Origin: Chloroflexota bacterium
Lineage (GTDB): Bacteria; Chloroflexota; UBA11872; VXOZ01
Direction: 5' to 3'
Assembly: GCA_963663275.1 (NCBI GenBank)
Contig: OY760183.1
Span: forward strand, 352,001-416,000
DNA: 64,000 nucleotides
Every line of letters starts with the position of its first letter. Position 1 is the stretch's first letter. A program made the translations under genes and the position numbers. The notes under the pieces are model-generated. The model saw only the letters and a program-made list of their open reading frames with translations. It ran no database searches and was not told where the DNA came from. Below are positions 20,088 through 29,633 of the stretch, in pieces.

Positions 20088-21704
20088 TTACAGGTTATGG
20101 CACACCGGGTAGTCCGGGACGTCCTGCGTGCCGCTGCGCGGCAGCGCGTCGCCCGCCGACACGCGGTCGAAGAACCCCGCGTCCGCCGACGTCACATCGC
20201 ACCAGTAGAACTTATGGTACTGGAACGTCATGATATCGGGAATCCAGCGCCATGCGCCGCCGAAGAACACGAAGATGCGCTCATCGCCGCTGTAGCGCGC
20301 CAGTTGGTTAGCCGCGGGCGACGTCTCATCCAACGGAATGGCCTCCACCACCGCGGTCGCGAACGTGTAATTGGGTATCACGGCCCTCCAGTCGATGAGA
20401 CTGAGGTAGGGGCTGTCGGGCGAGATCCAGACGCGCACGATCTTGCCGTCGGACCGGCGCTCCACCACCGCGTAGGTCTGGCCGCCGCGGCCCTGGTTTT
20501 CCGCCTCGCGGATGTAGCCGCGCGCGTTGTAAGAGCGTGCCGCGCCGTCGGCGGCGACCCAGCCGTGGCGCAGGTAGGCCATCGAGCCGTCCGCCAATGC
20601 AAGGTCGATGCGGTCCCCGGGGCCGCGCGTCACCGTCACCGCGTCGTTCTGGCCGATGGGCGGCACGGGCGTCGGCGCCGGCTCAACCTCCTTGACAATC
20701 GTCAGCACTTCCCCTTCCAGGTCGACCACCTTCTGTTCGGAGTACTCGGTGCCGTCGACCATCCAAATATTGGAGTCCTTACTGATGTCGTTGGCGTAAT
20801 AGCTATCGTTCACAAAGGTGAAGAGGTTGGACTCGTTAATCGTGAGCAAATAGGTGAACACCAGTTTCCCGCCATCGTTGATCGCATCGGCCTCCGACAC
20901 AAGCAACTTATACTCCTGCTGCGAAGACGCCAGTTCTTCGCTTACCGCCTCGGTCTGGAGCATTGGAATCTTGAACACGGCTACCGGAAGCGTATTGCCA
21001 ACCTTGGCGCCGTCAGCGTCATACAACTGCTTGCTGATAGTCAGGGGTTTACCCGGTGTAGGAGTCGGCGTGGCGTTTTCGCCGGGGGTTTCAGCGTTAT
21101 CCGCAAGAATGTACTTGCCCGTGGATACCGTCAGCTTGAAGGCAACCGTCTCGCCCCCGGCGATCTTGGCGGGCGCGGAAGATCCGGAGAAGTCCAGACC
21201 GACTTCCGGTGTGCTCGCGTCCGGAGGGGGCCGCTTCGTCACGTACAGGTTTATCGTGAAAGTCTTATCGACGGCTGTGTGACTGACGCCGGTTGGATTA
21301 CCATCGGTGCCAACACCATCCACCGGTGTGAGATTGACTCTCCACTTAAGGGGAACGGTCCGCCTGACGGCATCGCCCAGATCGGAAGGCTGGACCCGGT
21401 ACCCCACCTCGATTATCTTGTATGGCTGCCCATCATGCAGGTTGAAGAGCAAGTCGGCGTTATTGGTAGGGTCGATTACCGCGGCGTTGTGAACGGCATG
21501 CAGTCCAATCCGCTCGACGACGACCGAGTACTTCACTACATCTTCAGGATGCACCGCCTCCAAATCGTCAATGCGGGTGAACGTGACCCAGACAACGTCA
21601 TCGAACGCGGGGTCGTCGCCGCTATGGGCCGACAGCGTCCCCAGCGACGCGGCCGCCAGCGCGAGCGCCAGGAAGACGCTCGCCAAACGCGACAGTGTTC
21701 TCAC
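20088..21704 (-). CDS. Secreted hypothetical protein (beta-rich middle, Trp/Cys-containing C-terminal domain)
   Basis: Signal peptide, 538 aa, Pro/Thr linkers, purine-rich RBS; no family recognised. Confidence 0.75.
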   Translation of the reverse strand: MRTLSRLASVFLALALAAASLGTLSAHSGDDPAFDDVVWVTFTRIDDLEAVHPEDVVKYSVVVERIGLHAVHNAAVIDPTNNADLLFNLHDGQPYKIIEVGYRVQPSDLGDAVRRTVPLKWRVNLTPVDGVGTDGNPTGVSHTAVDKTFTINLYVTKRPPPDASTPEVGLDFSGSSAPAKIAGGETVAFKLTVSTGKYILADNAETPGENATPTPTPGKPLTISKQLYDADGAKVGNTLPVAVFKIPMLQTEAVSEELASSQQEYKLLVSEADAINDGGKLVFTYLLTINESNLFTFVNDSYYANDISKDSNIWMVDGTEYSEQKVVDLEGEVLTIVKEVEPAPTPVPPIGQNDAVTVTRGPGDRIDLALADGSMAYLRHGWVAADGAARSYNARGYIREAENQGRGGQTYAVVERRSDGKIVRVWISPDSPYLSLIDWRAVIPNYTFATAVVEAIPLDETSPAANQLARYSGDERIFVFFGGAWRWIPDIMTFQYHKFYWCDVTSADAGFFDRVSAGDALPRSGTQDVPDYPVCHNL

Positions 21705-21723
21705 GGCCTTTCCCTTTCACTAG

Positions 21724-21863
21724 GAGACCCTTGCATAACCCCTTCCCCCTCGAGGGGGAAGGTTGGGATGGGGGTGGAACGGGTTGAAACCATGCTGTTT
21801 GTAGTTGTAAGAGCGCTCTGGATTCCGGCTATCGCCGGAATGGCGGAGTTGTGCCAAAGTCTT
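21724..21863. mobile_element. MITE family B (140 bp, degenerate right end)
   Basis: GAGACCCTTGCATAAC / GTTGTGCCAAAGTCTT; colinear with 10405-10544; no clean target duplication. Confidence 0.75.
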
Positions 21864-21989
21864 AATGGGACGTTTCCGCGCCCACGGTTTCTTCTTGCTT
21901 CGCGCGGGCGCGCGCCTACCAGATTGCCATTATAACAGAGCGCCGCGCCCTCCATCGCCCTTTGAACACGCGCATCTCCCGCCGTCGCG

Positions 21990-22979
21990 TTACTGCGGGC
22001 GCAATTTGGAGACGAAACGCTCCTCGCCCAGGATGCCTTTGGGGCGGAAGAGCAGCATCAGCACCAGCAGCGCCGCCATGAGCAGGAAGCGGAAGTAAGG
22101 CGCGCGGGCGCTCAAGTCGGCCGGCACCAGCGCGTCGGTGGCAAACTGCGTCCCCGCCCAGATCGCCCAGAAGGCGAACGCGCCCAGGATCACGCCTTTC
22201 GTGTTGCCGCTGCCGCCCAGGATCAGCATCACCCAGATGATGAACGTGCCGTGCAGCGGATCGAAGACGCTGGGGCTGATGGCGCCGGCGTTGTGGGCGT
22301 AGAGCGCGCCGCCGACGCCCATCACCATCGCGCCCAGCGCCAGCGCCTGGAGCTTGAAACCGAACACGTTCTTGCCGTAGGCCGCGGCCACCACCTCGTC
22401 CTCCCGGATCGCCCGCAGCACCCGCCCCCACGGCGACCGGATCATCCGCTCCAGCAGCACCGCCACCACCAGCAGCACGAGCGCCACGATGCCCAGGTAG
22501 ACGAAGTTGTAGTACGCCGGCGGCACGAGGTCGTAGAGCGGTCGCGGGATGCCCACCAGCCCCTTAGAGCCGTTGGCCAGCCACTGCTCGTTGTTCAAGG
22601 CCAGCCGGATGCTCTCCGCGATGCCGATGGTGGCGATTGCCAGATAGTCCTCGCGCAGGCGCAGGGTGGGAATGCCGATGAGCACGGCCACCACGCCGCA
22701 GACCAGCGCGGCGGCAATCACGCCCACCAGAAACGGCTGCTCCAGGCCGAACGCCTGCTGCGTGTAGCGGGCCAGTTCGCCGGTGGGCAGCGGCTTGGTG
22801 ACCAGCGCCGCCGTGTACGCGCCAATGGCGAAGAACCCGGCCACGCCGAAATTGATCAGGCCCGTGTCGCCAAAGTGCACGTTCAGCCCCATCGTCAACA
22901 GGGCGTAGACGCTGGCGACGATCAGAAACCCGATCAGATAGTTCAGAATGCCGGAACTCAGAATGGTCTCGAGTGCCAT
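21990..22979 (-). CDS. livM: Branched-chain amino acid-type ABC transporter permease (LivM-like)
   Basis: LRLREDYLAIATIG, RSPWGRVLRAIREDE, ILGGSGN, RPKGILGE. Confidence 0.88.
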   Translation of the reverse strand: MALETILSSGILNYLIGFLIVASVYALLTMGLNVHFGDTGLINFGVAGFFAIGAYTAALVTKPLPTGELARYTQQAFGLEQPFLVGVIAAALVCGVVAVLIGIPTLRLREDYLAIATIGIAESIRLALNNEQWLANGSKGLVGIPRPLYDLVPPAYYNFVYLGIVALVLLVVAVLLERMIRSPWGRVLRAIREDEVVAAAYGKNVFGFKLQALALGAMVMGVGGALYAHNAGAISPSVFDPLHGTFIIWVMLILGGSGNTKGVILGAFAFWAIWAGTQFATDALVPADLSARAPYFRFLLMAALLVLMLLFRPKGILGEERFVSKLRPQ

Positions 22980-23239
22980 GTTTCCGTTTGCGCTCCCGGC
23001 GCGCCGCGTCAATAGACACTAGGTCGATATACACCAACTGCACGTATCACGAGCATACACGCGCATGCAGAATTCGCAACGCGCTATGCATGCGCTTTCT
23101 GAGATAAACGTGTAGTTCTGTGGTATGCTGACGTTAGAATTGTAACACGCGAGAGGCTTTGGGGCTGTGGGAAAACTGAATTCAGTATGATTGAAGAGTT
23201 GTGGCGCGCACCCCCTAAGCAAAGTGAGTGAACGGTCCC

Positions 23240-23521
23240 ATGAATCTGTTTCTGATCACATTTCAGGAGCCCATTGAGCCGGGCGTCAAAAAGAGAGTGG
23301 AGGTTGCCTTTTCCAACGAGGTGTTTACCTTGTCGGATCGCCTTCTACTGGTGCGAACCTCCATCGAAAACACCAAGGACTTGAGTTCCTTCTTCGACCT
23401 CGCCGGCGAAGGAGAAGACCCAACAACCGGTGTGATCTTCAAGCTAAACGGCTCGTACTACGGATACCACTCCTCAAGTCTTTGGGATTGGCTAGCAAAG
23501 GGCAGAGAAAGTAGTGACTGA
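23240..23521 (+). CDS. Small hypothetical protein, possible ferredoxin-like (Cas2/VapD-like) fold
   Basis: MNLFLITF...GSYYGYHSSSLWDWL; lower GC than flanks; start could be 23228; fold assignment is a recalled resemblance only. Confidence 0.6.
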   Translation: MNLFLITFQEPIEPGVKKRVEVAFSNEVFTLSDRLLLVRTSIENTKDLSSFFDLAGEGEDPTTGVIFKLNGSYYGYHSSSLWDWLAKGRESSD

Positions 23522-23768
23522 TCGTAATGGAGATCGCCGACCGGCCGGCTATGATCTGGGACGGTTCGATGACGCTCGAGACAGGGAGCTCAAGCTAGAG
23601 TCCAGAGTTGAAGAGCTTGTCAAGGCTCTGGCCACGCGCGAGGATCTTGCCAGAGTAGAAGCGGAAATCGCGAAAGCGAAGTATGCGATTCTGGTAGTCA
23701 TCTTAGGAGCGCTGACTGCGGTCGGCAACATCGGTTTCATTGCGTATAGAATATTTCTCGGCAGCTAG
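23514..23768 (+). CDS. Small coiled-coil protein with a C-terminal TM helix (CCDC90/DUF1640-like)
   Basis: LATREDL motif, heptads, hydrophobic C-terminus; overlaps the upstream ORF by 8 nt. Confidence 0.65.
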   Translation: MTDRNGDRRPAGYDLGRFDDARDRELKLESRVEELVKALATREDLARVEAEIAKAKYAILVVILGALTAVGNIGFIAYRIFLGS

Positions 23769-23778
23769 CCTGCCCTAA

Positions 23779-23951
23779 GAGCCTGTTTACGATCTTTCTG
23801 TCTGCACGAGGAACGTTCGCCCTGAGCCGCGTCGAAGGGTGAACGGAACCACCGCAAGGTTGCATATAGCCGTTCATGCTTCGACAGGCTCAGCACGAAC
23901 GGTCTTTATCGGCTTTGCTAACTCCCTCATAAGCAGATAGTAAACAGGTTC
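23779..23951. mobile_element. MITE family C (173 bp), IS5-like
   Basis: TIRs GAGCCTGTTTAC / GTAAACAGGTTC; TAA duplication on both sides; internal CGTTCGCCCTGAGC..GTCGAAGG / CTTCGACAGGCTCAGCACGAACG pair. Confidence 0.82.
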
Positions 23952-24132
23952 TAAGACGCGCACCCCGCAGCGTCCTTAGAATGGCCTCTTGTGCCCGCGT
24001 TGGCTACCGCCAGGCGCGGGCCTTCGCTTTTGTCCAACAACGTGTGTAGACTCCCCAGTCCCATACCAATCGAAGTATGCGTCCTCGCTGCGTATGGCTT
24101 TGACGGCGCGGCGCTTCCAAAGCTATCTCAAC

Positions 24133-25050
24133 CTAGAACCTCCGCTGCTCGCTGCCCAAGATCCCCTGCGGCCGGATCAGCAGCACCAAGATCAGGATGA
24201 TGAACGCCACGGCCGGCTTGTAGGTGGGTAGGATGAAAGCCGTGGACACCTGTTGCGCGATGCCGATCACCATGCCGCCGATCAACGCGCCGTAGGGATT
24301 GCCGATGCCGCCGAGAATGGCCGCGGCAAAGAGCGGCAGCAGCAAGTTCCAGCCCATCTCCGGCCGCAGTTGCGAATCGACGCCCAGCAGGATGCCCGCG
24401 GTAGCCGCCATTGCCGCCCCGATGCCCCAGGTCCACAGCATCATGCGCTCCGTATCGATGCCGCTGATCCGCGCCAGGTCCGGGTTGTCCGCCGTGGCCC
24501 GCAGCGCCTTGCCGATGCGCGAACGCCGCAAGAAGAGGTACAGACCCGCCACCATGGCCAGGCAGGCGCACAGGATGAAGATCTGGTCGGGCTTAATGCG
24601 AATCTCGAACGGCAGTTGCAGCGCCGGCCGCAGCGCCTGGGTATAGAAGTGGAATTCCGGCCCCCAGATGATGAAGAGCAGCGCCCGCAGCGCAAACGCC
24701 ACCGCCAACGAACCGATGACGAACATCACCGGCGCGTACCGGCGCCGCCGCATGGGACGGAACACGATGCGGTCCACGCTCACGGCCACGCCCGCCGCGG
24801 CCAGCATGGCGACCGGCAGCGCCAGCGCCAGCGGCCACCCGAACGAGAGCGGCCCGAACGTGCCGCCGGCAATGCCCAGCGCGGCAAAGACCGTGTTCAC
24901 CATGAAGAACGCCACGTACGCGCCGATAGCCATCAGGTCGCCGTGGGCGAAGTTGGCAAAGCGCACGATGCCGTACACCAGCGTCAGGCTCACCGCCCCC
25001 AGCGAGAGGATGCTGCCCAGGATGATGCCGTCCACCACCAGCGCGATCAT
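24133..25050 (-). CDS. livH: Branched-chain amino acid-type ABC permease (LivH-like)
   Basis: FANFAHGD, GKALRATADNPDLARISGI, AAILGGIG. Confidence 0.9.
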   Translation of the reverse strand: MIALVVDGIILGSILSLGAVSLTLVYGIVRFANFAHGDLMAIGAYVAFFMVNTVFAALGIAGGTFGPLSFGWPLALALPVAMLAAAGVAVSVDRIVFRPMRRRRYAPVMFVIGSLAVAFALRALLFIIWGPEFHFYTQALRPALQLPFEIRIKPDQIFILCACLAMVAGLYLFLRRSRIGKALRATADNPDLARISGIDTERMMLWTWGIGAAMAATAGILLGVDSQLRPEMGWNLLLPLFAAAILGGIGNPYGALIGGMVIGIAQQVSTAFILPTYKPAVAFIILILVLLIRPQGILGSEQRRF

Positions 25051-25757
25051 GCCGCCCCTCCCAGGTAGAGCCGCGCCACTTCCTCGTTCTCCAGCAGCGC
25101 GGCGCTGGCGTCGGTGAAGCGGTTCTCGCCGCTGGCCAGCACGTAGCCGCGTTGGGAATGCTCCAGCGCCATGCGCGCGTTCTGCTCCACCATCAGCACG
25201 GCGATGCCCTGGGCGTTCACGTGGGCGATCTGCCGGAATACCGTTTCCACGAAGACCGGCGCCAGGCCCGCCGTCGGTTCGTCCAGCAGCAGCAGTCGCG
25301 GTTCCAGCATCAGCGCCCGCGCCATTGCCACCATCTGCCGCTGGCCGCCGCTCAGCGCCGCGACTTTCGTGTGGCGGCGTTCCGTGAGATCGGGAAAGAG
25401 GTCGTAGACCATTTCCGCCTGCCGCGCGTAGCCGTCCCTGCGCAGAAAAGCGCCCATCGCCAGGTTCTCCTCCACCGTCAGGCTCAGGAACGTATTGTCC
25501 GCCTGGGGCACGTAGCTCAAGCCCTGGCAGACCACTTCATGCGGCGGCATGCCGGTGATGTCCGTCTCCTGAAACGCGACCGTGCCCTGGGTGGGCTCCA
25601 GCAGGCCGAAGATCGTCTTCATCAGCGTGGACTTGCCGCAGCCGTTGGGCCCGATGATGGCCACCACTTCACCCGCGCCGACGTTCAGCGAAACGCCGTG
25701 CAGGATTTCGATCTCGCCGTAGCCGGAGACGATGCCGGAAGCCGCGAGCAGATTCAC
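25047..25757 (-). CDS. livF: ABC ATP-binding protein (LivF-like)
   Basis: GPNGCGKST, LSGGQRQM, LLDEPTAGLAP, VEQN. Confidence 0.9.
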   Translation of the reverse strand: MNLLAASGIVSGYGEIEILHGVSLNVGAGEVVAIIGPNGCGKSTLMKTIFGLLEPTQGTVAFQETDITGMPPHEVVCQGLSYVPQADNTFLSLTVEENLAMGAFLRRDGYARQAEMVYDLFPDLTERRHTKVAALSGGQRQMVAMARALMLEPRLLLLDEPTAGLAPVFVETVFRQIAHVNAQGIAVLMVEQNARMALEHSQRGYVLASGENRFTDASAALLENEEVARLYLGGAA

Positions 25758-26539
25758 CGGTTCTGGCCTCCCAGGTAGGCGGCGAGCACCTGCTCGTTCC
25801 GCTGGATTTCCGCCGGCGTGCCCTCGGCCAGCTTTTCGCCGTTGCTCATCACGATTACCGGGTCGCAGAGGCCCATCACCACCGCCATGTTGTGCTCGAT
25901 GAGCAGCACGGTGATGCCCCGTTCGGCCACCAGCCGCTCGATCTGCGCCATCAGGCTGCGCAGCAGGGTGGGATTCACGCCGGCGCCGGGTTCATCCAGC
26001 ATGATGAGTTGCGGGTCCGTCATCATGGCGCGGGCCAGTTCCAGCAGTTTCTTCTGGCCGGTGGAGAGATTGGCGGCGTATTCGGCGCGCAGATGCGCCA
26101 GGCTCACGAACTCCAGCACGTCCAGCGCCTTATCGTAGGCTTCCCGTTCCTGCCGGCGCACGCGCCACGGCAGCAGCCACGCCGCCCCCAGCACCTCGCC
26201 GGCTTGGCCCCCGGGTACCAGCATCAGGTTCTCCAGCACGGTCATCTGCTTGAGTTCTTTGGGAACCTGGAACGTGCGGCAGAGGCCGTGGCGAAAGACC
26301 CGGTGCGGCGGCAGCCCGTCGATGCGCCGTCCCTGGAAGACGATGCGGCCCGCGTCCGGCGCGTAGAAGCCGGAAATCAGGTTGAACAGCGTCGTCTTGC
26401 CGGCGCCGTTCGGCCCGATCAGGCCCGTGATCGTGCCGCGCCGCACCCGCAGCGAGCAGTTTTGCACCGCCTGCAAGCCCCCAAACGACTTGCCGACGTT
26501 CGCGATCTCCAGGAGCGCGTCCGCTGTGTCCGCAGCCAC
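25754..26539 (-). CDS. livG: ABC ATP-binding protein (LivG-like)
   Basis: GPNGAGKTT, RTFQ, LDEPGAG, IEHNM, V..AYLG. Confidence 0.9.
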   Translation of the reverse strand: MAADTADALLEIANVGKSFGGLQAVQNCSLRVRRGTITGLIGPNGAGKTTLFNLISGFYAPDAGRIVFQGRRIDGLPPHRVFRHGLCRTFQVPKELKQMTVLENLMLVPGGQAGEVLGAAWLLPWRVRRQEREAYDKALDVLEFVSLAHLRAEYAANLSTGQKKLLELARAMMTDPQLIMLDEPGAGVNPTLLRSLMAQIERLVAERGITVLLIEHNMAVVMGLCDPVIVMSNGEKLAEGTPAEIQRNEQVLAAYLGGQNR

Positions 26540-26649
26540 GGCCTTCTTCCTCTGTTACCCTATGCGGGTATCGTGCGCGCCCCGCTCTCGTCCGCGCCAG
26601 GGCGGGAACGCATCTCTATGATAATCTAAACGGTGAGCGCGTGACGCCG

Positions 26650-26880
26650 GTAGGGGCACGACAGGCGTGGCGGCACGACATGTCGTGCCCCTACCGCGAT
26701 AGGACGCGCGAGACGTACGACAGGTGTGGCGGCACGACATGTCGTGTCTCCGCCGCGATAGGATGAGCAGGACGTACGACAGGCGTGGCGGCACGACATG
26801 TCATGTCTCCGCCGCGATAGGACGCGCGAGACGTACGCCAACGCACGGAAGGCACGACGTGTCGCGCCCCTACCGCGAGA
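26650..26880. repeat. ~60-bp tandem array built on the REP-C core GGCACGACATGTCGTG
   Basis: Four related units ending in CCGCGA(TAGGA). Confidence 0.8.
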
Positions 26881-26944
26881 CGATTCTCGCACGGCCCTTG
26901 TGCGAAAACCCATTGCAGAACCGGCACAGCAGCGAGGCGCAATC

Positions 26945-28378
26945 ATGAACCTTCTCTTCATCACCGCCGACCAGCAGCGTTGGGACAGCCTGCCCTGCTA
27001 CGGTCTGGACTTCCTGCGGACGCCCCATCTCGACCGCCTGGCGCGGGAGGGCATGGTCTTCGAGCGTTGCTACGTGCCCGCGCCGTTGTGCGTGCCCACC
27101 CGCGCCGCCTTGCTGGGCGGGCAGTGGCCGTCCGCCACCGGCGTGCTCGGCAATGCGCACTGGCTGGACGAAGGCAAGATTCCAACCTGGCCCGAAGAAC
27201 TGACCGGCGCGGGCTACAACACCGCCGCCATCGGCAAGATGCACTTCTTTCCCTGGGACGCGCGCAACGGTTTCCAGGAACGTATCAGCGCGGAGGACAA
27301 GCGGCACACGTACCTGCCCGACGACTTCAGCAAGTTCCTGCGCGCCCACGGCCACCAACGCGCGCATCCCACCCAGAATCCCGGCTACTTCGACACCCTG
27401 AACGCCTCCGTCACCCCGCTTCCCAAGCGCTTCCACGTGGACGGCTTCATTGGCGACCAGGCCGCCGACTGGCTGGCGCGCAATGGCAACGAGCCGTTCG
27501 CCGTTTGGGTGAGCTTTGCCGGGCCCCACGACCCGTACGATCCCCCGGCAGAGATGGCCGATATGTACTACGATGCGCCCATTCCCGCGCCCGTCGGCTC
27601 GCGGGCGGAACTGGCGGACAAGCCAAAGGCCCAACGGATGGCCGGCAAAGAAAACGTCAAGAACTCCATGTACCGCATGAACCCCGCCGAGGCCGCGCCG
27701 GAGCAGCACCGCGCGTGGCGCGCCCACTACTACGCCAACATCAGCCTGATCGACGAGGGCGTCGGCAAGATGCTGGCCGCGCTGGAGGCCAACGGCGCGC
27801 TGGATGAGACGCTTATCATCTACACCGCCGACCACGGCGACGCCCTCGGCGACCACGGCCTGCCCTACAAGGGCTTCTACTACGAGTCTATGGCCCACGT
27901 GCCCCTGCTCATGCGCGGGCCGGGCGTTGCCGCCGGGGCGCGTTGCGCGGCGCTGGTGAGTTCCCTGGATTACGTGCCGCTCTTCTACACCGCCTGCGGC
28001 CTGGCGCCGCCGGACACCCTGCAAGGCAAGAGCCTGGAACCGCTCCTCACCGCGCCGTTGCTCCCCCACCGCGAAACGGTCTTCAGCGAGAACATGGGCA
28101 GCCAGATGGTGCGGGACGCGCGCTTCAAGTACGCCCACTACGCCACCGGCGAGAGCGAACTCTACGACCTGGAAACCGATCCCAACGAAATCCGCAACCT
28201 GGCCCACAGCCGCGAGCACGCCGGCGTCATCGCCCGCCTGCGCGGCCTGCTCGTGGAGCACAACCTCCACAACCACGCCCACCAAAGCGCCGCCGTCTCC
28301 CGCCCCCAGGAACCCTTCCGCGCAAAGCTGGAAGCGGCGTATAGCGTGGAGCAAGCCTTCACGGTAGCGAACTGGTAG
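26945..28378 (+). CDS. Sulfatase (formylglycine-dependent)
   Basis: LFITADQQR, CVPTR (CxPxR), IGKMH, PHDPYD, ADHGD; start ATG 26945. Confidence 0.92.
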   Translation: MNLLFITADQQRWDSLPCYGLDFLRTPHLDRLAREGMVFERCYVPAPLCVPTRAALLGGQWPSATGVLGNAHWLDEGKIPTWPEELTGAGYNTAAIGKMHFFPWDARNGFQERISAEDKRHTYLPDDFSKFLRAHGHQRAHPTQNPGYFDTLNASVTPLPKRFHVDGFIGDQAADWLARNGNEPFAVWVSFAGPHDPYDPPAEMADMYYDAPIPAPVGSRAELADKPKAQRMAGKENVKNSMYRMNPAEAAPEQHRAWRAHYYANISLIDEGVGKMLAALEANGALDETLIIYTADHGDALGDHGLPYKGFYYESMAHVPLLMRGPGVAAGARCAALVSSLDYVPLFYTACGLAPPDTLQGKSLEPLLTAPLLPHRETVFSENMGSQMVRDARFKYAHYATGESELYDLETDPNEIRNLAHSREHAGVIARLRGLLVEHNLHNHAHQSAAVSRPQEPFRAKLEAAYSVEQAFTVANW

Positions 28379-28486
28379 GGGCGGTTCGCTACTTGGTAGG
28401 GGCGGTTCGCTACTTGGTAGGGGCGGTTCGCTACTTGGTAGGGGCGGTTCGCTACTTGGTAGGGGCGGTTCGCGAACCGCCCCTAC
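28373..28486 (+). repeat. Four perfect 21-bp half-REP units followed by a full REP-D
   Basis: (TGGTAGGGGCGGTTCGCTACT)x4 then TGGTAGGGGCGGTTCGCGAACCGCCCCTAC; similar run at 28633-28704. Confidence 0.92.
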
Positions 28487-28753
28487 GCCGTTGTACTGTT
28501 ACTTGCCCGGCCATTACAACCTACGAATGACGGCGCGCCCCGCCTTTCTCCGCCACTGTCTGCATTACGCTGCCGGACGTTACCACACACGTCCGCTGCT
28601 ACTATAATGGTGCATAGTTCTCATCGAACACCTGATAGGGGCGGTTCGCTGCCTGGTAGGGGCGGTTCGCCGCTTGGTAGGGGCGGTTCGCGAACCGCCC
28701 CTACGCGGATGCATTATCGCTCAGACCGCAAACAAACGAGGGGAGAAACAACC

Positions 28754-29602
28754 GTGGCGGACATTCGCGTTGGCTATCATACGATCACGTGGGGCATGGA
28801 GGGTTTCGAACAGGCGCTGGACGAGGTTGCCGCGCTGGGCTTTACCGGGTTCGAGACCTTTGCCGCGGTGGTGGACACCTACGGCGACAAGGTCAGCGAA
28901 TTCCAGGACCTCATCGCCCAGCGGGGGTTGCGGCTTGTCACCGTCTACGGCGGCGGCCCCATGAACGAGGCCCACCGCATGGACGAAATGATCGAACGCA
29001 ACGTCGGCTTTGCCAAGTTCCTGCACGCCCACGGCGCGGACCGTCTGGTGCTGGGCGGCGGTTCGCGCGCGCCGGGCGGCCCGACGCCCGACGACCTCCG
29101 TAACCAGGCGCACTGCATGAACGAAATCGGCCGCCGCTGCCTGGACTACGGCGTGCTGGCCTGCTACCACCCCCACTACGCCACCACGGTGGAGACCGAA
29201 GAAGAAATCGCCTTCATGATGGACTACACCGACCCGCGCTACGTCTTCCTCTGCCCGGACACGGCGCACCTGCGCAAAGGCGGCGGCGACGAACTGGCGG
29301 TGGTGCGCGCCTACGCCGAGCGGGTGAAGTACGTCCATCTGAAAGATTGGGACCCCCAGGCGTTTGCCGACTCCCAGGCGGCCCCGGCCCAGGGCGCGGA
29401 CGCCGCCACCGCCATCCTGCCCGACTTCGTGGAACTCGGCAGCGGCGTGGTGCGGGTGAAGGAGTGCGTCCAGGCGCTCCAGGCCAGCGGCTACACCGGC
29501 TGGCTCATGATCGAACTCGACCGCTCCCGCTCCACCCCCCAGGCCAGCGCCGCCACCAACAAAGCCTACGTGGAGCAAGAACTCGGCCTAACAGTAGGTT
29601 AA
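28754..29602 (+). CDS. Sugar phosphate isomerase/epimerase TIM-barrel protein (IolE-like)
   Basis: ITWG, YHPH, PDTAH, YVHLKD, GYTGWLMIE; GTG start after GGGAG. Confidence 0.85.
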   Translation: MADIRVGYHTITWGMEGFEQALDEVAALGFTGFETFAAVVDTYGDKVSEFQDLIAQRGLRLVTVYGGGPMNEAHRMDEMIERNVGFAKFLHAHGADRLVLGGGSRAPGGPTPDDLRNQAHCMNEIGRRCLDYGVLACYHPHYATTVETEEEIAFMMDYTDPRYVFLCPDTAHLRKGGGDELAVVRAYAERVKYVHLKDWDPQAFADSQAAPAQGADAATAILPDFVELGSGVVRVKECVQALQASGYTGWLMIELDRSRSTPQASAATNKAYVEQELGLTVG

Positions 29603-29633
29603 ACCGTTGCACCGTAGCGCGGGGGCTCGTCCC

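Noticed and set aside
28373-28486. Possible CRISPR array (21-bp repeats)
   Set aside because: The units are contiguous with no spacers and are half-REPs; no cas operon is present.
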